Assembly: GCA_964500805.1 (NCBI GenBank)
Contig: CAZCQH010000032.1
Span: 1,706 to 65,705, forward strand
Length of the DNA: 64,000 bases
DNA from: an uncultured Hyphomicrobiaceae bacterium
GTDB taxonomy: Bacteria > Pseudomonadota > Alphaproteobacteria > Rhizobiales > Hyphomicrobiaceae
Direction of reading: 5' to 3'
Of the stretch, positions 20,145-29,260 are shown in pieces. Made by a program: the position numbers and the translations under genes. Under the pieces are notes generated by a model. The model was not told the origin of the DNA, did no database searches, and worked only from the letters and a program-made list of their open reading frames with translations. Position 1 is the first letter of the stretch. Every line of letters begins with the position of its first letter.

Positions 20145-20738
20145 TCAGTTGTCGCTCAGCGCATGCGCGAGCTTGGCGCAGAGGTCATGGATCTGCTGTG
20201 CGGTCTGCGCACCGGCGCGAGTCAGACCGTCGTCTGCGGCAATGGCGGACATCGTCGCCATCGGCTGAGATACGAGGCGTCTGTAAAGGACGGTCGTCTG
20301 CTGAAGTTTCGGCAATGCAGGTGCGCCGCTCACCGCCGGCCGTGTCGCGCCATTCATCTGCCGGACACCGTCGATCCCGATGCCGGACGTTACGGCAGCT
20401 GCGGCGAGGCGCCACGCAAGCGCCTCGAAAAGGACGGTGCCTTCACCGGAGGTCCCGGCAGCCCAAGGCCGCTTTAGATCATCATCCAAGGCCGAAGGCG
20501 CCGAGCCAAATCCGAGCAGCAACTCGTTCGGCGTCACCCCGAGCAACCGGCACATCTGCTGCAGCAGCTTGAGGTCGGGCTCGACCTCCGCCCGTTCGTA
20601 GCGGGTGTACCGGTTCTCATCTATATTCAGTGCCCTGGCGAGGCTGCGTGCGGTCTTGTAGCCGCGTGCGATCCGCGCCTGACGAAGATTCTGCGCGAAT
20701 TGCTCGCGCGCTTCTGATTTGGTGCCCACCTTGTCCAT
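20145..20738 (-). CDS. XRE-family helix-turn-helix transcriptional regulator
   Basis: N-terminal HTH (FAQNLRQARIARGYKTARSLARALNIDENRYTRYERAEVEPDLKLLQQMCRLLGVTPNELL) plus an unassigned C-terminal domain. Confidence 0.8.
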   Translation of the reverse strand: MDKVGTKSEAREQFAQNLRQARIARGYKTARSLARALNIDENRYTRYERAEVEPDLKLLQQMCRLLGVTPNELLLGFGSAPSALDDDLKRPWAAGTSGEGTVLFEALAWRLAAAAVTSGIGIDGVRQMNGATRPAVSGAPALPKLQQTTVLYRRLVSQPMATMSAIAADDGLTRAGAQTAQQIHDLCAKLAHALSDN

Positions 20739-20826
20739 AAGGCCGGACTATGTGCTGAAAGTGCCCGACCGGCAATGCTCAGACCTCAAATCAACGCACA
20801 AACATTTGTGCGCATGTGACGGGAGA

Positions 20827-21834
20827 TTACGCGCTTCCGATAAAAACTCCTGCTACGAAAACAATAAAGCCGCCAAGCACCACCTCGAAAGCGGCCTGCA
20901 GGAAGCGTGTGTCCATGTAGCGGGCGCGGATCCAGGCGATGGCCCAGAGCTCGATGAACACGATCAGCGCCGCGATGGCCGTTGCAATGTGAAAGCCATT
21001 GAGCGTCAATGGCGAAGCGCCGACATTGAGCGTCCATGTCAAGGTTGCCGGCACCAGATAGGGCAGCGTGTGGCCAACACCGCCGATCGTCGTCATCAAG
21101 CCCGTAATCGTCCCGCGCAGCCACGGGTGGCCGCGCCCAGTCAATGCGCCGTCGTCTGAGAGCGCCTCGGCGAATCCCATCGAAATGCCTGCGCCGACTG
21201 AGGCCGCCATGCCAACCAGAAACGTCTTCCAGTTGTCGTGCGTGGCGAAGGCGGCGGCGAACAACGGCGCCAGCGTCGAAACCGAGCCGTCCATCAGCCC
21301 CGCAAGGCCCGGCTGGACGACCTGCAACACGAACATGCGCCGGCGCGTCTCCTCCTCGTCCGACTTGGCGTCGGTAGTCAGATGCTTCTCGCCGAGCTTC
21401 TGGGCGAGGGAAATGTGCTGACGCTCCGCCGCGGCGAGGTCGCCCAGCAGCTTGCGCAAGCTGGCGTCCGTCGTGCGCTCTAGCGCGCTCTCGTAGAACT
21501 GCCGCGTCTCGTACTCGATCGCCTCGGCCTGCTGGCGAACCTTGTCGAGGCCGAGCGGGCGCACCATCCAGATCGGCTCGTGGCGCACGAAACCTTTGAC
21601 GTCATGCCGGCGCACAAGCGGGATATGCTCGCCATAATTTCTGCGATGGAGCTCGATCAGCCAGCGACGGTGCTCGTTCTCCTCCTCGGCCATCTCGGTG
21701 AACACTTTGGCGGACGCGGGGAACGTGTCCTTGAGGCCGTCGGCATAGTCGGCGTAGATGCGGCCGTGCTCCTCCTCCAGGCTGATGGCCAGCGCCAGGA
21801 TCTCCTGTTCGCTGAGGTCGGCAAATTTCTTCAA
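20827..21834 (-). CDS. mbfA: membrane-bound ferritin-like iron exporter (erythrin + VIT1/CCC1 domains)
   Basis: N-terminal ferritin-like/rubrerythrin motifs (EEEHGRIY, EEENEHRRW) fused to a C-terminal VIT-family membrane domain, which is the MbfA architecture. Confidence 0.85.
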   Translation of the reverse strand: MKKFADLSEQEILALAISLEEEHGRIYADYADGLKDTFPASAKVFTEMAEEENEHRRWLIELHRRNYGEHIPLVRRHDVKGFVRHEPIWMVRPLGLDKVRQQAEAIEYETRQFYESALERTTDASLRKLLGDLAAAERQHISLAQKLGEKHLTTDAKSDEEETRRRMFVLQVVQPGLAGLMDGSVSTLAPLFAAAFATHDNWKTFLVGMAASVGAGISMGFAEALSDDGALTGRGHPWLRGTITGLMTTIGGVGHTLPYLVPATLTWTLNVGASPLTLNGFHIATAIAALIVFIELWAIAWIRARYMDTRFLQAAFEVVLGGFIVFVAGVFIGSA

Positions 21835-21870
21835 GGCTCACCTTCTCGCAGCGAACACGCATCGCACCAG

Positions 21871-21887
21871 CTTAGAATAGTTCCAAA
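21871..21887. promoter_or_regulatory. Irr iron-control-element (ICE)-like box
   Basis: CTTAGAATAGTTCCAAA versus consensus TTTAGAA-N3-TTCTAAA matches 12 of 14 defined positions. Lies 37-53 bp upstream of the mbfA start, in the divergent promoter region. Confidence 0.55.
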
Positions 21888-22016
21888 CAGCGTCATTGCA
21901 ACCCTGCTGGCCGTCGCACGGGCTTGCTCTCAGAGCGCCTCGCATGGTCACGTGCAGCCGAGTTCGCCTGCCTTATCAAGTTGAGGCTGCGATGGCGACA
22001 GCGATCGACGGAGACG

Positions 22017-24320
22017 ATGGCCATGAGCCAGTGGGGCGAGTTCCAAGGCCGTATCGAGGACAACCGGCTGGTGACGGGTGCTGGCCAATATGTTGCCGAT
22101 CTTGCACCGAGTGGAACGGCCTACACAGTGGTGGTTCGTGCCCAGGTCGCCCACGCCCGGATCAGGGCGATCGATACGGGTTCCGCTGGTGCTGCGCCCG
22201 GTGTTCTCGCCGTGTACACGGCCAAGGACTTGGCCGCCGACGGTCTCGAGGACTTCCCCTGCGGTGTCGAGCTCAAGGGATCGACGGGCGAGAAGGCGTT
22301 CCAGGCTCGCCGCCCGGTTTTGGCTCGCGACCGGATACGATGTGTCGGGGAACCGGTGGCGCTCGTCGTCGCCGAAACGATGGCCGCTGCAGAAGCCGCG
22401 GCCGAGCTGGTGACAGTCGAGACCGATGATCTATCCGTTGTCACGGAGCTTGCTGCGGCCCGCGCTGCCGGAGCACCTGCGGTCTGGGATCAGGTGCCGG
22501 ACAACGTCGCTTTCGTCTGGCAGCGGGGTGATGCGAAGGCGGTGTTTCCGGGCGCTGCGCGGGTGGCGCGGCTCTCCTCGCACGTGACGCGCGTTGTCGC
22601 GCTCTCATTGGAGCCCCGCGGGGGCCTTGCACTTGTCGAGCCGTCGGGTCGCCTTGTGCTTCATGCTGCCAACCAGAGCCCGCACGGCCTGCGCGATGCG
22701 CTCGCTCGCATGCTGAAGCTGCCGAAGGACAAGATGCGCGTCGTCGCCAAGGATGTCGGCGGTTCCTTCGGCATGAAGAGTGGTGCCTACCCCGAGGATG
22801 TGCTGGTGCTCTACGCTGCGAAGAAGCTTGCCCGGCCCGTCAAGTGGATCTCGGAGCGGCGCGAGAGCTTCCTTGCCGATGATCATGGCCGCGACATGCT
22901 GGCAGATGCGCGTCTCGCCCTCGATGCAGATGGCAAGTTCCTGGGCCTCCAGGTCGACTTCACGATCAATGTCGGCGCGTATCTATCGGGGCGCTCGCTG
23001 TTCATGATCAACAACATTGGCGGGATTGCCGGCGTCTACCGCATCCCCGCGATCGGCGCGACGGTGACCGGCATTTACACCAACACGATGACCAATGCGC
23101 CTTATCGCGGTGCCGGCCGACCGGAGGCGACCTATGTCATCGAGCGGCTGATCGACATTGCGGCGCGCGAGATGGGGATTGATCCTTTCGAGCTGCGCCG
23201 ACGCAATCTGGTGCCGCCCTCGGCCATGCCTTACGACACCGGCTTCATCTTCACGTACGACTGCGGCGAATTCGAAAGCACGATGAGCAGCGTGGCGCGG
23301 CTCGCCGACTACCAAGGTTTCAAGCAGCGGCGCGCGGAAGCGGCCAAGCGCGGCAAGCTGCTCGGCCTCGGCATGGCCAATCCGATCGAGGTGTCCGCGG
23401 GGCCATTCACCAAGCCGCGCAGCGACAACACCAGGATCGAGATCCACTCGGATGGGACGGCGACCATCTTCGCCGGCTCCATGTCGACGGGCCAGGGCAT
23501 CGAGACAATGATCACCGATCTCGTTGCGAAGGAGCTCGGCCTCTCGCGCAATGCTATCCGTTACGAGGCGGGCGACACGGAGAATCTGGCGGATGGCCGC
23601 GGAAACGGCGGCTCGGGCGCGACAGGTGTTGGCGCATCATCGGCGTTTGTGGCCATTGGCAAGATCATCGCTACTGGCAAAGCCATTGCAGCCGAGCTGC
23701 TCGACGCAAATCCCGACGACGTCGAGTTTCGGGACGGCCGCTTCCCGCTCAGGGGCACCAACCGATCGGTTGGGTTGGCTGACGTCGCCAGGCGGGTCCA
23801 ACAGAAGAGCCCAAAGGGACTTGTCGAGACGGGCGACTTCATGCCGCCGGCGGTCACCTTCCCGAACGGCTCGCACATGTGCGAGGTCGAGGTCGATACG
23901 GAAACCGGCGTCGCCAAGATCGTGCGCTACTCGATCGTCGAGGATCTGGGCACGGTGCTCAATCCGACCTTGGCGCACGGCCAGATGCAGGGCGGCGTCG
24001 CCATGGGTGTCGGGCAGGCGCTCGGCGAGAAGATCGTCTACGACGCTGAGAGCGGACAGCTCCTGAGCGGCTCGCTGATGGACTACCAGATGCCGCGCGC
24101 CGACGAGGTTCCCGAGGTGAGTTTCGAGCTCAGGCCCGTGCCGACCAAGATCAACCCGCTCGGCGCCAAGGGCGTGGGCGAGGCCGGCACGGTCGGCTCG
24201 ATGGTCGCGACCATCAATGCCATCTGCAGCGCCCTCGACATCGAGCATTTCGAGATGCCCGCCACCCCACCCCGCGTCTGGGCTGCGATCGAGGCGAAGA
24301 AGGCGGGGGCTGGAAGCTAG
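22017..24320 (+). CDS. xanthine dehydrogenase/aldehyde oxidase family molybdopterin-binding large subunit (CoxL-like)
   Basis: About 767 aa. N-terminus R.ED.RL.TG.G.Y..D and GGSFG, with the conserved Mo-binding domain layout. No adjacent FeS or FAD subunit genes. Confidence 0.85.
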   Translation: MAMSQWGEFQGRIEDNRLVTGAGQYVADLAPSGTAYTVVVRAQVAHARIRAIDTGSAGAAPGVLAVYTAKDLAADGLEDFPCGVELKGSTGEKAFQARRPVLARDRIRCVGEPVALVVAETMAAAEAAAELVTVETDDLSVVTELAAARAAGAPAVWDQVPDNVAFVWQRGDAKAVFPGAARVARLSSHVTRVVALSLEPRGGLALVEPSGRLVLHAANQSPHGLRDALARMLKLPKDKMRVVAKDVGGSFGMKSGAYPEDVLVLYAAKKLARPVKWISERRESFLADDHGRDMLADARLALDADGKFLGLQVDFTINVGAYLSGRSLFMINNIGGIAGVYRIPAIGATVTGIYTNTMTNAPYRGAGRPEATYVIERLIDIAAREMGIDPFELRRRNLVPPSAMPYDTGFIFTYDCGEFESTMSSVARLADYQGFKQRRAEAAKRGKLLGLGMANPIEVSAGPFTKPRSDNTRIEIHSDGTATIFAGSMSTGQGIETMITDLVAKELGLSRNAIRYEAGDTENLADGRGNGGSGATGVGASSAFVAIGKIIATGKAIAAELLDANPDDVEFRDGRFPLRGTNRSVGLADVARRVQQKSPKGLVETGDFMPPAVTFPNGSHMCEVEVDTETGVAKIVRYSIVEDLGTVLNPTLAHGQMQGGVAMGVGQALGEKIVYDAESGQLLSGSLMDYQMPRADEVPEVSFELRPVPTKINPLGAKGVGEAGTVGSMVATINAICSALDIEHFEMPATPPRVWAAIEAKKAGAGS

Positions 24321-24421
24321 ATATCTCTTCAGCCATCATTTGTGCAGAACCTGTTGAGAACATAATGATTCCTTGAAGAACGGTTGAGGACGATTCGAGC
24401 GGGCGTACTGTCAGCGCATAG

Positions 24422-27400
24422 TTGGATACGAATCGCGTTACGCATGTGCGCTCGTTTGCTAGGGTGCGCGTTGAATGCGGATCACCGATCTTGAGTACTT
24501 ACCAATCGAAATACCTGCATCTGAAGGCGCGCTCTGCGTACTCGCTGCTCGAAGGAGCGATGCAGATTAGCAAGCTTGCGAAGCTTGCTGTCGCGGAGCA
24601 GATGCCAGCGCTTGGTCTCGCTGACAGATCAAACCTTTTTGGCGCTTTAGAGTTCTCAGACAAGTTGGCAGCCGTCGGAGTGCAGCCAATAATCGGCTGT
24701 TTCCTCAATGTGAACTTCAATGATCGACAGTTGGACAACGCGCTTCCACAAAAGGGGCGAAACGACTCGCCTTCTGCCCCCGCGGGCTTTGTTGCGCTGT
24801 TTGCTATGAATGAGACTGGATATTGCAATTTGATGAAGCTCTCAAGTGAGGGGTACAAGGCTGGCATTGAAGGACCGGGACCCCAGATATCGAGCGAGCA
24901 ACTGCACGAGCACAGTGATGGGCTCATAGCGCTCACCGGAGGACCAGAGGGGCCACTTGTCACAGCGCTGAATGATGGTCGTCCAGAGTCAGCTCAAGAT
25001 CGCGTTGAGAGGCTTCAACGCATTTTCGGCAACAGATTGTACATCGAGCTTCAGAGATATGGGCTGACAGGGGAGAGCGAGGTAGAGGTTGAACTACTGA
25101 GATTGGCCTACAACTTAGGTATACCCATTGTCGCAACCAACGAGTGTTATTTCGCCAAGCCAGAAGATTATGAAGCGCATGATGCGCTGTTATGTATTGC
25201 CGAGGGTACCTACGTCACAGAAGATAATCGGAGGCGACTGACGCCCAATCATTGGTTCAAGAGCGCAAAGGATATGGTCAACCTCTTTGCAGATCTGGAA
25301 GAGGCGACCGACAACACTATCGAGATTGCCAAGCGGTGCGCGTACAGACCGAGAGGTCGTAAGCCCATTCTGCCGGCGTTCGTAGAGACCAAAACCGGAG
25401 CCAACGACGATGAGCGCCTCAACGCCGAAGCTGCAGAGTTGAAGCGCCAGGCTGAAGCCGGCTTGCGACGACGCCTCGACGAAGTGCCGCTCGCAGAGGG
25501 GTTCACGCGCGAGGACTACGAAAAGCGCCTCGCCTACGAGGTGGACGTCATTACCGAGATGAAGTTTCCGGGCTACTTCCTGATCGTCGCCGACTTCATC
25601 CAATGGTCGAAGAAGAGCGGCATTCCCGTGGGACCGGGCCGCGGCTCTGGCGCGGGCTCGGTCGTCGCCTGGGCGCTGACGATCACCGATTTGGATCCGC
25701 TGCGCTTCGGGCTTTTGTTCGAGCGCTTCCTCAATCCCGAGCGCGTCTCGATGCCGGACTTCGACATCGACTTCTGTCAGGACCGGCGCGACGAGGTGAT
25801 CCGGTACGTGCAGCAGAAGTACGGCGAGGACCGCGTCGCCCAGATCATCACCCACGGCAAGTTGCAGGCGCGCGCGGTGCTGCGGGACGTCGGCCGCGTC
25901 CTCCAGATGCCCTACGGCCAGGTCGACAAGCTCTGCAAGCTCGTGCCGAACAATCCGGCAAATCCTGTGACCCTGCGCCAGGCGATCGACGGCGAGCCGC
26001 GGCTGCAGGAAGCGGCCAAGGCCGAGCCCGTCGTGGCGCGCCTGCTCGAGATATCGGAGAAGCTCGAGGGTCTCTACCGTCACGCGTCAACGCATGCGGC
26101 CGGCATGGTGATCGGCGACCGCCCGCTCGATCAGCTGGTACCGCTTTATCGCGATCCTAAATCCAACTTCCCGATCACGCAGTTCAACTGGAAGCTCGTC
26201 GAGGCTGCGGGCCTCGTGAAGTTCGACTTTCTCGGCCTCAAGACGCTGACCGTCCTGCAAAAAGCGGTTGAGCTGATCGAAAAGGGGCGCGGCGAGAGAA
26301 TAGACCTCGCGCACGTGCCCATTGCGGGTGACGACCCCAAGGTCAAAGCCAGCTACGAGCTGCTCGCCAAGGCTGACACGGTCGGTGTGTTCCAGCTGGA
26401 ATCGACCGGCATGCGCGAGAGCTTGAAGCGGCTGAAGCCCGACCGCTTCGAGGACATCATCGCCATGGTGGCGCTCTACCGCCCGGGCCCGATGGATAAC
26501 ATCCCCACCTACATCAACCGCAAGCACGGCGACGAGCCGATCGAATATCCGCACCAGATGATCCAGCCGATCCTGGAGGAGACCTACGGCGTCATCATCT
26601 ACCAGGAGCAGGTCATTCAAATCGCCCAGGTGATGGGCGGCTACTCGCTCGGGCAAGCCGATCTTCTGCGCCGCGCCATGGGCAAGAAAGACAAGAACGA
26701 GATGGCGGCGCAGCAGGCGAAGTTCATCGAGGGCGCGGTTGAGAAGGGCGTCAAGCGCGAGGACGCCAAGTACATCTTCGAGCTGGTCGATAAGTTCGCG
26801 GGCTACGGCTTCAACAAGAGTCACGCGGCGGCTTACGCGCTCGTCGCCTATCACACGGCCTATCTCAAGGCGAACTACCGGCCGGAATTTCTCGCGGCGT
26901 CGATGACGCTCGATCTGTCGAATACCGATAAGCTCGCGATGTTCGCTTCCGAGGCACGCCGCTCCGGGATCATGATCAAGCCGCCGTGCGTCAATGCTTC
27001 GGGCGTCGAATTCGGCGCCGAGCCGGCCAAAGGGGAGAGCCGGGGCGCCATCCGTTATGCGCTCGCGGCGTTGAAGAACATCGGTGCGGCAGCGGTGGGC
27101 ACTATTGTCGATCAGCGGGAGGCGAAGGGCGGCTACAAGGACCTCGGCGATTTTGCCCGCCGCATGGACCCGAAAGCCTTGAACAAGCGGGCACTGGAAA
27201 CGCTCGCCGTGTCAGGCGCCTTCGATGGGCTGGAGAAAAATCGCGCGCTCGTTCACGGCAACGTCGACCAGATGATGGATGTGGCGAGCCAGCTCCACGA
27301 CGAGAAGGAGAGTGGGCAGGCGAGCCTCTTCGGCGACGCCAAGTCCGGCGGAGAGAGCATGCTCAAGCTCCGTCCGGTTCAGATGTGGACGCCCATGGAG

Positions 27401-28045
27401 CGCTTGCAATACGAGTTCGCCGGCATCGGATTCTATCTCTCAGGCCATCCGCTCGATGAATACGGTGCGCTCCTGCCTAAGCTCGGTGTGCAGCGCTATG
27501 CAGAGTTCGAGGCCAAGGCGGGCCTCAGCATGACGGCGGGACGACTCGCTGGCATTGTCGTGTCCGCGCGCGAGCGCCGCTCGCAAAAGGGCAACAAGTT
27601 CGCGTTCGCCATGTTCTCCGATGCCTCGGGCCAGTTCGAGGCCGTGATCTTCTCCGATACGCTCGCCCGCTGCGGTGACCTCCTCGAGCCCGGCACGCCG
27701 GTGTTGATTTCGGTCGAAGCCGAGCGTGATGGCGAAACGGTGAAGATGCGCGTGCAAGGCATCGAACGGCTTGACGCTGCGGCGGCAAATGTCCAGCGCG
27801 GCTTGAAAGTCGTGCTCGACGCGCGCGCCTTCCAGATGCGCCAGGCTCGGATCGAGCAGATCAAGTCGCATCTGAAGCCTGGGGGCAAAACCGAGGTGCG
27901 CTTGGCGGTCGAGGTTGCCGGTGTGCCGGGTATCGCAGGCAGCCGCGCGCTGGAATTCGCGTTGCCCGGCCGCTATGAGATCGGCCCCATGCAGCGCGGC
28001 CAGATCACGACGATTCCCGGCGTGCTGGAGGTGGTGGAGATTTGA
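24422..28045 (+). CDS. dnaE: DNA polymerase III alpha subunit (replicative DnaE1 type)
   Basis: FPGYFLIVADFIQW..GIPVGPGRGSGAGS, PDFDIDF and GLVKFDFLGLKTL motifs, with a C-terminal OB region. Start is uncertain: the TTG at 24422 is only the first in-frame candidate, and GTG 24446/24464 are alternatives. Confidence 0.93.
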   Translation: MDTNRVTHVRSFARVRVECGSPILSTYQSKYLHLKARSAYSLLEGAMQISKLAKLAVAEQMPALGLADRSNLFGALEFSDKLAAVGVQPIIGCFLNVNFNDRQLDNALPQKGRNDSPSAPAGFVALFAMNETGYCNLMKLSSEGYKAGIEGPGPQISSEQLHEHSDGLIALTGGPEGPLVTALNDGRPESAQDRVERLQRIFGNRLYIELQRYGLTGESEVEVELLRLAYNLGIPIVATNECYFAKPEDYEAHDALLCIAEGTYVTEDNRRRLTPNHWFKSAKDMVNLFADLEEATDNTIEIAKRCAYRPRGRKPILPAFVETKTGANDDERLNAEAAELKRQAEAGLRRRLDEVPLAEGFTREDYEKRLAYEVDVITEMKFPGYFLIVADFIQWSKKSGIPVGPGRGSGAGSVVAWALTITDLDPLRFGLLFERFLNPERVSMPDFDIDFCQDRRDEVIRYVQQKYGEDRVAQIITHGKLQARAVLRDVGRVLQMPYGQVDKLCKLVPNNPANPVTLRQAIDGEPRLQEAAKAEPVVARLLEISEKLEGLYRHASTHAAGMVIGDRPLDQLVPLYRDPKSNFPITQFNWKLVEAAGLVKFDFLGLKTLTVLQKAVELIEKGRGERIDLAHVPIAGDDPKVKASYELLAKADTVGVFQLESTGMRESLKRLKPDRFEDIIAMVALYRPGPMDNIPTYINRKHGDEPIEYPHQMIQPILEETYGVIIYQEQVIQIAQVMGGYSLGQADLLRRAMGKKDKNEMAAQQAKFIEGAVEKGVKREDAKYIFELVDKFAGYGFNKSHAAAYALVAYHTAYLKANYRPEFLAASMTLDLSNTDKLAMFASEARRSGIMIKPPCVNASGVEFGAEPAKGESRGAIRYALAALKNIGAAAVGTIVDQREAKGGYKDLGDFARRMDPKALNKRALETLAVSGAFDGLEKNRALVHGNVDQMMDVASQLHDEKESGQASLFGDAKSGGESMLKLRPVQMWTPMERLQYEFAGIGFYLSGHPLDEYGALLPKLGVQRYAEFEAKAGLSMTAGRLAGIVVSARERRSQKGNKFAFAMFSDASGQFEAVIFSDTLARCGDLLEPGTPVLISVEAERDGETVKMRVQGIERLDAAAANVQRGLKVVLDARAFQMRQARIEQIKSHLKPGGKTEVRLAVEVAGVPGIAGSRALEFALPGRYEIGPMQRGQITTIPGVLEVVEI

Positions 28046-28075
28046 GACGCTGATCGTCAGTGATATCGGTCGTAC

Positions 28076-28115
28076 GGGACACAAGGGGTCGGACCCACGG
28101 GTCTGACCCCGACCG
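28076..28115 (+). repeat. REP-like palindromic element (copy 3)
   Basis: GGGACACAAGGGGTCGGACCCACGGGTCTGACCCCGACCG. Nearly identical to the reverse complement of copies 6 and 7. Confidence 0.85.
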
Positions 28116-28124
28116 TTCGGATAT

Positions 28125-29171
28125 TCACGCCAATGCCGGCATCACGTGATTGCGGAAGAGCGTCAGGCTCTGCGCAGTCTGCTCGAATGTCATCGGACCC
28201 AGGCGGAACTGGATGATCATGCCGCCGGCGCCGGTCTTGGCAATGGGCGCGAGCTTGCGGGCGACGGTTGCCGGTGAGCCGTGCACGAGGCCGTGCTCGA
28301 GGGAAAGCCGCGCCGGCGCCGCTGTGCCTGATGAAGGCGGCGGCGCGATGGACAGCCCTTGCTCGCGGATCACCTTGTCGCGCATGGTGGCGCGTAGCTC
28401 GTTCATCGCCTGGAACGCGGGAACGGCGATGCGCTCGGCTTCGTCATCAGTTTCAGCGACAACGACGTTGCGCCAGATCCAGCACTGACGGGCCAGCTCC
28501 AGGATCTCCGCCTCGCCGGCACCGGCCTCGCGCAGCGTCTTGCGATAGAGGTCCATGCGCTCGGCAATCGTTACGTCGGACTGGATGTTGAGCATGAACG
28601 GCTGGCGGTGACGCGCGATCTCGACCATGCCGTGCTCCGTGGCGGCGGCGCGAATGATCGGGGGATGCGGCTTCGTGCGTGGCGCCGGGCGCAGCGCGGG
28701 CAACTTGAACGTGAAGTACTTGCCCTGATGATCGACAGGCTCGCCGGTCCAAGCCTTGAGCCTGAAGGCTTCAGCTTCGTCGAAACGCTCCTGCGCTTCC
28801 GCGGGATCGATGCCGTAGCCCTGATAGTCGTAGATGTTGTACGCCGTGCCACGGCCAAGCCCGAGGATGAGACGGCCATTGGAGAGATGGTCGATGAGCG
28901 CTGCCTGCTCGGCAAATCGCGTCGGGTGATGCAGTGCCATCTGCGCGACGGCGAATCCGATCTTGGCGCGCGAGGTCACCGTCGCGAGTGCGGCGGCAAA
29001 GCTGACCGGATCGGCGTAGGCGCAAATGCCATCGAAGTGGTGCTCGGCGAGCCAGATGACATCGAAGCCCAGACGGTCGGTGAGGTGCGCCTCCTCGACC
29101 GTCTCGTGGATGATGCGGCCGTCGTCGGCGGTCGACCGGCTCTCGGGGAAGAGGAAGTTCGAGAATTGCAC
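28125..29171 (-). CDS. LLM class flavin-dependent oxidoreductase
   Basis: 348 aa. FDVIWLAEHHF and GRLILGLGRG luciferase-like patterns. Confidence 0.85.
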   Translation of the reverse strand: MQFSNFLFPESRSTADDGRIIHETVEEAHLTDRLGFDVIWLAEHHFDGICAYADPVSFAAALATVTSRAKIGFAVAQMALHHPTRFAEQAALIDHLSNGRLILGLGRGTAYNIYDYQGYGIDPAEAQERFDEAEAFRLKAWTGEPVDHQGKYFTFKLPALRPAPRTKPHPPIIRAAATEHGMVEIARHRQPFMLNIQSDVTIAERMDLYRKTLREAGAGEAEILELARQCWIWRNVVVAETDDEAERIAVPAFQAMNELRATMRDKVIREQGLSIAPPPSSGTAAPARLSLEHGLVHGSPATVARKLAPIAKTGAGGMIIQFRLGPMTFEQTAQSLTLFRNHVMPALA

Positions 29172-29195
29172 GGTCGTTCCTTTATGACGTGTCCG

Positions 29196-29236
29196 GGGCT
29201 CTCAAGAGGTCAGACCCATGAGTCTGACCCCGACCG
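29196..29236 (+). repeat. REP-like palindromic element (copy 4)
   Basis: ...CAAGAGGTCAGACCCATGAGTCTGACCCCGACCG, followed by an extra half-site GATGGGTCTGCCCC at 29239-29252. Confidence 0.85.
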
Positions 29237-29260
29237 TCGATGGGTCTGCCCCGTCCGGGT

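Noticed and set aside
19171-20800. tRNA-Gly as the anchor of an integrated island
   Set aside because: No integrase, no repeat of the tRNA 3' end that I could find, and the downstream genes (hydratase, XRE regulator, mbfA) show native-looking composition.
24378-24391. GAAC-N7-GAC upstream of dnaE as an alphaproteobacterial SOS (LexA) box, and dnaE as an error-prone dnaE2/imuC
   Set aside because: The second half-site is GAC, not GAAC. No imuA or imuB genes are adjacent. The protein carries DnaE1-type motifs and length.
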